From a virus (lineage: Duplodnaviria; Caudoviricetes), in IMG/VR virus record IMGVR_UViG_3300037834_000022, positions 1-45,498 of that record: DNA of 45,498 bases, one strand, 5' to 3'. Both the position numbers and the translations under genes were made by a program. This document shows positions 8,345 to 15,242 of the stretch, piece after piece; position 1 is the first letter of the stretch, and every line of letters begins with the position of its first letter. Under the pieces are notes generated by a model, which made no database searches, was not told where the DNA came from, and saw nothing but the letters and a program-made list of their open reading frames with translations.

Positions 8345-9030
8345 TAGAGGGCGCCTCCGTGCCAGACCACGCGGCCAACGATGCTCAGTTGTTCTAGGTC
8401 TGTATCGCTGACGGGCTGGTCGGGGTAGGCGCGCTTGTCTTCGTTGTCGCTGCGGATCAGCCACCCGCCAGTGAGGGACTGGATAAGCCGCTTGATGATC
8501 AGCTCGCCGTCATGCTTGCGGATGGCATAAATGCGGCCATCACGCGGGGCTGTCTGGCTTTCGTCGAGCAGCACTACATCGCCGTCGCAGACGGTCGGCT
8601 CCATGCTGTGGCCCTGGACGTAAATAACGTGCAGGCTGCGTTCGCGCAGGCTCATGCGGGTGAGCCAGGCGCGCTTGAACACAAGGCCGCCCTTGACTTC
8701 GACATGGTCGTTCAGCTGGCCGTTGCCGGCGGCGCCGTGCGCGGTGTACTGGGGCACCAGAGCATAGTCCTGGGCTGATGGCGTATACCCGTAGACGCCT
8801 TGGCTCTCGGTGGCCTGGGCAGGGGCGTCGTAGTCGAGCAACTCGATAAGCGTGGTATCGAGAGCCGCTGCGAGGGTGCGTAGGTCCGAGAGGCTTGGTT
8901 CGCGCTTATCGCGTTCGTAGTTGCCGATACGTGCTTGGCCGTTATCCCACCCGCATGCGTTTGCGAGTGCTGTTTGGGATAGACCTTTGGCGCGGCGGAG
9001 CCGAGCGATTCGATTGCCGAGAGTTTCCAT
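8344..9030 (-). CDS. cI: CI-like repressor (XRE HTH + S24 autopeptidase; PrtR-like)
   Basis: HTH RLRRAKGLSQTALA...IGNYERDKREP; cleavage site GAAG; VQGHSMEP and LIIKRL catalytic Ser/Lys. Confidence 0.92.
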   Translation of the reverse strand: METLGNRIARLRRAKGLSQTALANACGWDNGQARIGNYERDKREPSLSDLRTLAAALDTTLIELLDYDAPAQATESQGVYGYTPSAQDYALVPQYTAHGAAGNGQLNDHVEVKGGLVFKRAWLTRMSLRERSLHVIYVQGHSMEPTVCDGDVVLLDESQTAPRDGRIYAIRKHDGELIIKRLIQSLTGGWLIRSDNEDKRAYPDQPVSDTDLEQLSIVGRVVWHGGAL

Positions 9031-9040
9031 GGCGGGAAAA

Positions 9041-9106
9041 TATCACGCTGCGTTTATTTTAATAACGACTAAACGTGTTGTAAAAACAACGATGTGTTGT
9101 TAATGT
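9041..9106 (+). promoter_or_regulatory. OR/PR switch region
   Basis: PR TTGTAA(9078)-17-TAATGT(9101); operator AACAACGatgTGTTGTT (9085-9101) and weaker TATCACGctgCGTTTAT (9041-9057). Confidence 0.75.
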
Positions 9107-9134
9107 TCTTTCGGAGTTAACCGGAGGTCGCAAC

Positions 9135-9362
9135 ATGAACCGCATATCTCAGCTTCGGCGTGGCGCCAAAATCGCGCAGCTCGCCCTGGCTACTGAGCTT
9201 GGCTGGTCGCAGGGCCGGTTGAGCAACTACGAAGCCGGCAGGCGCGAGCCAGGGCTTGCCGAGTGCCGCGCTATTGTCCGTGCGCTCAGCGCGCTGGGTG
9301 CTCCTTGCTCTCTTGACGAGGTTTTCCCGCCTGAACAGGAGCCCCCTGCGCAGGCCGCTTAG
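9135..9362 (+). CDS. cro: Cro-like HTH regulator
   Basis: Divergent from cI; LATELGWSQGRLSNYEAGRREP; RBS GGAGG. Confidence 0.88.
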   Translation: MNRISQLRRGAKIAQLALATELGWSQGRLSNYEAGRREPGLAECRAIVRALSALGAPCSLDEVFPPEQEPPAQAA

Positions 9363-9390
9363 AAAAAAGGCGCCCGAAGGCGCCCTGTTT
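9363..9390. terminator. tR1-like hairpin after cro
   Basis: AAAAAA-GGCGCC-cgaa-GGCGCC-CTGTTT. Confidence 0.55.
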
Positions 9391-9768
9391 CCCGGCCGCC
9401 GTTGTAGCGGTGGCCGCCAGAGCCCGAGGGCTCTGTGTTGCCTGCCTCTCCACCACAGATCAGCAGGCTTGCTGTGACCACCTGACTAAGGGGAGCCACG
9501 GCGTGACTATAGCAACACGTCATGCCGTGGTCACTGGCAGCTTGCTACGGCGGCTGCCACACCCGAGGCGCGCACCACCACTGCGCGCCGCACCTGGGCC
9601 GGGATGCCTGGGGTTGTTCGTCCGCTGCCACCACCAGCGGGCGAGCTGTAAGGGCAGGGCCTGTGCGGAGCATGGGCCTTGCTCGGGGTGCGGTCGGTTC
9701 GCCGGCTGCATGCGACCACCTGACTATGGGCCCCATACCAGTCGGTATGGGGCCGGGAGTTTTGCTCT
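9363..9768 (+). ncRNA. Highly structured cro-cII intergenic RNA (about 10 consecutive hairpins, three with CCACCAC loops)
   Basis: Stems readable by eye, several with G-U pairs valid only on the + strand (see findings). Confidence 0.6.
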
Positions 9769-10287
9769 ATGAACCGAGCCCGTCTCAGTTCCACCGAGCG
9801 TGCCAAGCGCACGTTGTTGACCCTGCCGCAGGCGCTTTACCACGCCGTGCATCAGTACCCCGGCGGCGCCACCGCCATTGCCGCCGTCGACGGCGCGATC
9901 AGCCCTTCAACCCTGAACCATAAGCTGAGCCTGACCGGCGCGAACCCGAAGCATCGGGTGAACGTCGATGAGCTGCAGCTGATTCTCGACCTGACCCGCG
10001 ATGCGCGCATTGTCGATGCGATCCTGCAGCCGATTGGCTGGGTGGGCGTGGACGTTTCCGAGTTGAGCGAGACGGACACGCCGCAATCGCTGCTCGCTGG
10101 CATCACGGGCTTGCTGCGCAGCGAGAACGACCTGAGCGAGCAACTGGCCAAGGCGATGGCGGATGACCACCTGGACGACGACGAGCTGGCTCAGTTCGAG
10201 CTGCTGGCGGTGCGCATGCTGCAGGCGGTGTTCAAGTTGCGCGCCGTGGTGCGCCTCAAGCATGAGGAGGGGCGGGCGGATGGCTGA
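9769..10287 (+). CDS. Phage regulatory CII-family protein
   Basis: ALYHAVHQYPGGATAIA...STLNHKL...ILDLTRDARI typical of this family; position after cro. Confidence 0.75.
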   Translation: MNRARLSSTERAKRTLLTLPQALYHAVHQYPGGATAIAAVDGAISPSTLNHKLSLTGANPKHRVNVDELQLILDLTRDARIVDAILQPIGWVGVDVSELSETDTPQSLLAGITGLLRSENDLSEQLAKAMADDHLDDDELAQFELLAVRMLQAVFKLRAVVRLKHEEGRADG

Positions 10288-10495
10288 TAACGCAGATCGC
10301 GCGGCGGATGAATACGCCGTGCACGAGCAGGCCCGGGCCGCCGGCAGGGTGAAGGTGGCGCCTGTACATCGACTGGGGTGTGACGAGTGCGACGAGCCGA
10401 TTCCGCTGGCCAGGCGCGAGGCGCTGGCGGGGCATGACTGCCTGCTGTGCGTGGATTGTCAGGAACTGCTGGAGCGGAAAGGGGGTGCGCGATGA
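10280..10495 (+). CDS. TraR/DksA C4 zinc-finger protein (PtrB-like)
   Basis: MADNADRA...CDECDEPIPLARREAL...CVDCQE. Confidence 0.88.
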   Translation: MADNADRAADEYAVHEQARAAGRVKVAPVHRLGCDECDEPIPLARREALAGHDCLLCVDCQELLERKGGAR

Positions 10496-10770
10496 GTCGC
10501 TATGTTCGCTGCAACTGTCCAGCGGGTCTGGCTGCCGCTGGAGAGCGTCACGCTCCAGATTGCCCTGGGTTCGTTCGGAACTCGGCCCAGTGGATCTACA
10601 CCACGCGGGCGGGAGAGAGCGTTATGGGGATCGCCAATCGCGAGCTGAATAACAGCCACCGCTGGGAGGAAATTGCCATCCTGAACGCTGACCGGTTCCC
10701 GGGTATGAGGCATTTCGACTATTACCCCGTCGGCACCGAGTTGCGCATGCCTTCGCGAGGTGATGCATGA
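10492..10770 (+). CDS. Small LysM-like domain protein with N-terminal Cys/His motif
   Basis: YTTRAGESVMGIANREL...WEEIAILN...YPVGTELRMP fits the LysM pattern; ATGA coupling at both ends. Confidence 0.65.
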   Translation: MSRYVRCNCPAGLAAAGERHAPDCPGFVRNSAQWIYTTRAGESVMGIANRELNNSHRWEEIAILNADRFPGMRHFDYYPVGTELRMPSRGDA

Positions 10771-13001
10771 CAGGCCGTCACGAACTACTCGACGACGTGC
10801 TGGCCCAGCTGCAGGCCGCTGACCTGCGCCCGACTACGCCGCTGGTGATTGGCAAGCGCACCCGCTGCGAGGTGGAGGGAGACAAGGCGCCGGAGAAAAC
10901 TGGCTGGTATGTGATCTATGAGCACACGGGCTCGAAGGGCGAAACCTTCTACTGCGGCTCGTTCGGTGATTGGCGCTCGGGGGAGAAGGGCAGCTGGCAC
11001 AAGATCAAGCCGAAGGGCGGCAAGATCTCGGCCGAGGATCGCGCCGTAATGAAGGCCCGCGCCGAGGAGGGCCAGCGCAAGGCGGCCGAGGCCGAGCAGA
11101 AGAAGCACCGCACGGCGGCGCGGCGTGCCGCGGGCATCTGGAAGTATCTGGAGGAGAAGGGGCACTGCGCGTATCTGGATGCCAAGCGCGTCGGTGGCTT
11201 TGGCCTGCGCTACAAGCGTAAGTCGGGCACTGCGCTGGTGCCGATGCGCAGTGTGAAGACGTGGGACATCGTCGGCCTGCAGGTGCTGTTCCCGGCTGTG
11301 GTGCCGAAGCTGGGGCGGAACAAGACCTATTGGCCGTATGGCCTGGAGAAAGAGGGGGCGGTGCATCTGATCGGCCCGGAGCCAGAGCCAGGCGACACCA
11401 TTCTGGTGTGCGAGGGCTACGCGACGGGCGCAAGCCTGTATATGGCGACCTCGCTGACGGTGGCGGTGTGCTTCGACGCGGGCAACCTGTTGCCGGTGGC
11501 GCAGGGGCTGCGGGTGCGCTACCCGGGCCGGCCGTTGGTGTTCTGTGCGGACGATGACTGGAAGACGGAGATCCAGGGCAAGCCGGTGAACGTCGGCAAG
11601 ATCAAGGCCGAGAACGCGGCGCACATCACTGGTGGCCGTGTGGTGCTGCCGGTGTTCGATAGCGAGCGCGAGGACAAGTGGACGGACTTCAACGACCTGC
11701 ACTGCGCCGAGGGCCTGGAGGCGGTGAAACGCCAGGTGGAGGCGGTGGTGCGGCCAGCCACTGACGCGCCCTGGCGGGAGAAGCTGCAGTATGCGGAGAA
11801 GGGCGGGATGATCGCGCACCCGTACAACGTGGCGTTGATCCTGGGGAACGATGACCGCTGGGGCAAGGTGATTGCGTTCGATTCGTTCAGCTCGAAGATC
11901 CGCAAGCTGCGGACGCCGCCGTATGGTGGCAGCGCTGGGGATTGGAGCGACCTCGATGACATCAAGGTGATGAACTGGCTGGCCGAGACCTACGGCTTGC
12001 GGGTGAAGACTGCGCATGTGGTGGAGGCGGTGAACGCGGTGGCGCATGACAATGCGTTTCACCCGGTGCGCGAGTATCTGGAGGGGCTGACCTGGGATGG
12101 CACGCCGCGGCTGGAGACCTGGCTGCAACGGCACCTTGGTGTGGCTGATGGCGAGTATGCGCGCAAGGTGAGCAAGCGCTGGCCGCTGTCTGCTGTGGCT
12201 CGGGTGTTCCAGCCTGGCTGTAAGGCGGACTCGGTGTTGATCCTCGAAGGGGCTCAGGGCGCGGGTAAGTCGACCTCGATGTCGATCCTGGGCGGGCTGT
12301 GGTTCATGGATACACCGTTCAACCTGGGCGACAAGGACGGCTATCAGGCGATCCGGGGTAAGTGGATCGTCGAGCTGGGCGAGCTGGACGCCTTCAACAA
12401 GGCGGAGTCGACGCGGGCCAAGCAGTTTTTCTCGGCCTCGGTGGATACGTACCGGGAGAGCTACGGGCGCCGGGTGCTGGATGTGCCGCGCCAGTGCGTG
12501 TTCGTGGGTACGACCAACCAAGACGAGTACCTGAAGGACGACACGGGGAACCGGCGCTATTGGCCGGTGATGTGCACGAAGGTGGCACTGGACGGCCTGC
12601 GGGCCGAGCGCGATCAACTCTGGGCCGAGGCGGTAGCTTGTTATCGCGCCGGGCACCCTTGGTGGGTGGAGCGGGACGAGGCCGAGGTGTTCGCGGCCGA
12701 GCAGGACAAGCGCTATCAGGCGGATATGTGGGAGGAACCCATTATCGCGTACCTGCAGCAACCGGCGTGCGGCGAGAGCGTGACGGGGGCGCAGATCCTT
12801 GAGAAGGCGTTGAACATCGACCCGAGTCACTGGGGCAAGCCGGAGCAGATGCGGGTCGGCAAGATCATGCATCGGCTCAAGTGGCCTCGGCGCCGACAGA
12901 GCAAGCCGGACAGGCCAACGGGCTCGCGTGGCTATGTGTACGTGCGGCCAGATGATTGGAAGAAAGGCGCCAAGCCCGTGCAGAGGGAGGCCGCATTTTG
13001 A
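10767..13001 (+). CDS. Toprim primase fused to VapE/VirE-family helicase
   Basis: VCEGYATG, CFDAGNL, CADDD, TDFNDL; Walker A GAQGAGKST; GTTN, GNRRYWP. Confidence 0.92.
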   Translation: MTGRHELLDDVLAQLQAADLRPTTPLVIGKRTRCEVEGDKAPEKTGWYVIYEHTGSKGETFYCGSFGDWRSGEKGSWHKIKPKGGKISAEDRAVMKARAEEGQRKAAEAEQKKHRTAARRAAGIWKYLEEKGHCAYLDAKRVGGFGLRYKRKSGTALVPMRSVKTWDIVGLQVLFPAVVPKLGRNKTYWPYGLEKEGAVHLIGPEPEPGDTILVCEGYATGASLYMATSLTVAVCFDAGNLLPVAQGLRVRYPGRPLVFCADDDWKTEIQGKPVNVGKIKAENAAHITGGRVVLPVFDSEREDKWTDFNDLHCAEGLEAVKRQVEAVVRPATDAPWREKLQYAEKGGMIAHPYNVALILGNDDRWGKVIAFDSFSSKIRKLRTPPYGGSAGDWSDLDDIKVMNWLAETYGLRVKTAHVVEAVNAVAHDNAFHPVREYLEGLTWDGTPRLETWLQRHLGVADGEYARKVSKRWPLSAVARVFQPGCKADSVLILEGAQGAGKSTSMSILGGLWFMDTPFNLGDKDGYQAIRGKWIVELGELDAFNKAESTRAKQFFSASVDTYRESYGRRVLDVPRQCVFVGTTNQDEYLKDDTGNRRYWPVMCTKVALDGLRAERDQLWAEAVACYRAGHPWWVERDEAEVFAAEQDKRYQADMWEEPIIAYLQQPACGESVTGAQILEKALNIDPSHWGKPEQMRVGKIMHRLKWPRRRQSKPDRPTGSRGYVYVRPDDWKKGAKPVQREAAF

Positions 13002-13363
13002 TCCCTGAAATGGATGACATGTTGAAGCTGTGGGCGCTGGATATGCACGGCGGCCCCGGAGTTGGTGGCTCAGGCGGCAGCATGATCGCCGAGCTGATGG
13101 CGACCAAGGGTGAGCTGATCCGCGCCAAGGGCTGTGGCTCGCGGATGCTGCTGCCGTACAGTGCGGATATCGAGCTGATCGTGAACAAGCATCTGGACGC
13201 GCAGCTTGCCGTGGTGGTGCGTGAGCACTACCTGGTGCGTGACCCACATCGGATGGATAGCCAGAAGTATGCGGCTTGCCGGTGTAGTCGCGCGCAGTTC
13301 TATCGCTATCTGCATGACGCGCACGTGGCGATTGCAGGTATGCTGCTGGAGCGGGCGGCGTGA
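12998..13363 (+). CDS. PA0613-like putative late-gene regulator/antiterminator
   Basis: TTG start after GGGAGG; C-terminal HTH-like CSRAQFYRYLHDAH; Q-gene position before late promoter and terminators. Confidence 0.7.
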   Translation: MIPEMDDMLKLWALDMHGGPGVGGSGGSMIAELMATKGELIRAKGCGSRMLLPYSADIELIVNKHLDAQLAVVVREHYLVRDPHRMDSQKYAACRCSRAQFYRYLHDAHVAIAGMLLERAA

Positions 13364-13384
13364 TCTGTCGCACCGCCCCTGCTT

Positions 13385-13567
13385 GTCCCGCCCGCGTTTT
13401 TGCTGGCGGGACTTCTACAGCCCGTGCTTGTGCTGGGCTTGTCTCTCCGTCCCACCTCCTACATACACCCGCACATGAGGCGGGCAGGCATGAGCACGCG
13501 CGCGCGTTACGCGCAGCGTTTATTAATCTCTCTCTATACACGAGAAAGGGATAAATAAGTGGGACGG
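13385..13567. other. Candidate replication origin
   Basis: Inverted GTCCC/GGGAC repeats (13385-92 with 13405-12; 13447-55 with 13559-67) around AT-rich core 13519-13558, downstream of primase-helicase. Confidence 0.5.
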
Positions 13568-13727
13568 TGGGCAACGCCTTGTTTTTGCTTGGGGTTTTGC
13601 GTCCTGCCTGTTGGTGCGGTAGTGAGTCCGGTAGGTCGTTGGCCTGCGGCGCTGTAGCCAGTGACGGTATATGTCCGTTTTTTCTCGGTACGTTGCCGCT
13701 GATTGCGGGGGTGGCAGGGCGTCCCGC

Positions 13728-13756
13728 TTGCTGCCATGAGATTGGAGGTGTATAAA
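13728..13756 (+). promoter_or_regulatory. Late promoter (PR'-like)
   Basis: TTGCTG-17-TATAAA followed within about 45 nt by an intrinsic terminator. Confidence 0.7.
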
Positions 13757-13797
13757 TCAGCCATCTTCGAAGAAGTGCGCTTAGGCGGCTTCTCAGC

Positions 13798-13824
13798 AAA
13801 CCCGGCCACCGCGCCGGGTTTTTT
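13798..13824 (+). terminator. tR'-like intrinsic terminator
   Basis: AAACCCGGC-caccgc-GCCGGGTTTTTT. Confidence 0.85.
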
Positions 13825-13879
13825 GTTTGTGGCGCCCCGTGGTTGCGGCGCCTTGCCCAGGGATGGGCTACCTATCATG

Positions 13880-13906
13880 AGCCTCGGCGGATGCCGGGGC
13901 TTTTTT
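13880..13906 (+). terminator. Second late-leader terminator
   Basis: AGCCTCGGC-ggat-GCCGGGGCTTTTTT. Confidence 0.8.
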
Positions 13907-13937
13907 GTTTCTGGCCCTTGGCCGCCTGGGAGGGTTT

Positions 13938-14294
13938 ATGAGCGAGCCGAGTGGTGTGGTAGCTGGCGGCCTGCTGGCCAGCATGGCGGCCGCTGGCTGG
14001 TTTGCCGGTATCGATGGCAATGCCGCGACCGGCGCCCTGTGCGGCTCGCTGATCTTCTTGCTGTCGCGCCATGAGATCGTGCTGTGGAAGCGGGCGGTGT
14101 ACTTCCTGATCAGCCTGGTGATGGGCTACCTGTTCAGCCCGGGGCTGACGGAGTTCGAGGTCTGGGGCTTTCGCCCGTTCGTGTACTCCGGCCCGGCCGC
14201 GTTCGGCGCCTCGCTCATGGTCGTGACGCTGTCTCATGCTGCCCTGCGTCAGCGTGGGCGGCCTGACCTGGGTGGAGGTGGTGTCGATGGCTAG
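13938..14294 (+). CDS. Putative holin
   Basis: 118 aa, multiple TM segments, first late gene; RBS GGGAGG. Confidence 0.78.
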   Translation: MSEPSGVVAGGLLASMAAAGWFAGIDGNAATGALCGSLIFLLSRHEIVLWKRAVYFLISLVMGYLFSPGLTEFEVWGFRPFVYSGPAAFGASLMVVTLSHAALRQRGRPDLGGGGVDG

Positions 14295-14610
14295 TTCCTG
14301 GCTCACGGCGATGACGGCGGTGCTGTGCATCGTGATCTTCGTTCGGCTGTTCACGTACCGGCGCAACGGCGCTGGGTATCGCTGGGGCAAGTCGGCCGTG
14401 GCGCTGGCGGTGATGATCGCCTGCGGGCGGTTGCTGATCGAGGTGCTGACCTCGGGGCTGATCGTGCCGGTGGAGTTCTGGCCGTTCGTGCTGCTGCTCG
14501 GTGTGTTCGCCCTGGCGGTGGTGCGCTCCGGCGGCAACGTGGCCCGGCTGGTGCAGCCGAGCGACTTGCCGTGGTCGGGCGTAGAGCGGCGGCGCGGGCG
14601 CGGGCCCTGA
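14287..14610 (+). CDS. Phage holin-family protein (3 TM)
   Basis: RLFTYRRNGAGYR and VVRSGGNVARL motifs; three hydrophobic segments. Confidence 0.78.
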   Translation: MASSWLTAMTAVLCIVIFVRLFTYRRNGAGYRWGKSAVALAVMIACGRLLIEVLTSGLIVPVEFWPFVLLLGVFALAVVRSGGNVARLVQPSDLPWSGVERRRGRGP

Positions 14611-14614
14611 CTGC

Positions 14615-14660
14615 GGGTCCTTCCTGGCACCCCTTTGCCATGCGGCGGCGTAGACCGCGG
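14615..14660 (+). other. Candidate lambda-type cos site (cosQ + cosN)
   Basis: GGGTCCT (lambda cosQ sequence) at 14615, then 23 nt, then GCGGCGTAGACCGCGG; directly upstream of terminase small subunit. Confidence 0.6.
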
Positions 14661-14732
14661 AAATTTCTCAGATAGACGGGGCTATAGGGGGTTCCGCTTC
14701 CGGCTGTCTATCTCGGGGCTTTGGAGTTGGTC

Positions 14733-15242
14733 ATGCCTTCACAGAAAGAGATTGCTCAGCACCTGGACATGAGCGAGCGCAACTGCCGCGACGTGCTCAA
14801 GGCGCTGGACATCGACTGGACCGAGTCGAGCCTCGACGAGATTCGCACCGCCTACATCCGCGACCTGCGCGAGAAGGCCGCCGGGCGTGGCGGCAGCCAG
14901 GTCGAGCAGCTGAACAACGCCCGCATCGAAGAATCCACGGTCAAGGCTGCCAACGGGCGACTGACCTACCACGAGAAACTGGGAACGCTGGTACCGGCCG
15001 CCGATGCTGCGCAGGCCTTGAGAGATTGGGCAGGCTTCGCCAACCGTGAGTATCAGAGCGGCGTGGAGAAGGTTGTCCAGCAGATCGAGGCCGAGCACCA
15101 GGTGGTGATAGACCGCGACGGGGTGAACCGCATTGCTGGATCTACAGTCAGCCGAATTGGAGGCTATGCGGATAAACTTGGCCGTCGTATTGCTGGACGC
15201 GGCGCAGCAGTTCAACCCGCCGAAGGATCAGCCGACCGCTGA
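14733..15242 (+). CDS. Terminase small subunit
   Basis: N-terminal HTH SQKEIAQHLDMSER; YIRDLREKAAGR; position. Confidence 0.82.
   Translation: MPSQKEIAQHLDMSERNCRDVLKALDIDWTESSLDEIRTAYIRDLREKAAGRGGSQVEQLNNARIEESTVKAANGRLTYHEKLGTLVPAADAAQALRDWAGFANREYQSGVEKVVQQIEAEHQVVIDRDGVNRIAGSTVSRIGGYADKLGRRIAGRGAAVQPAEGSADR

Noticed and set aside
9363-9768. Several 60-130 aa ORFs and a possible minus-strand antisense RNA in the cro-cII gap
   Set aside because: ORFs lack convincing RBS or protein-like composition; G-U pairing bias favours a + strand RNA
10785-13799. 1004-aa minus-strand ORF and similar long antisense ORFs (17444-19039, 20286-21803, 29691-32009, 32203-34011)
   Set aside because: Shadow frames of high-GC genes with no motifs and no operon coupling
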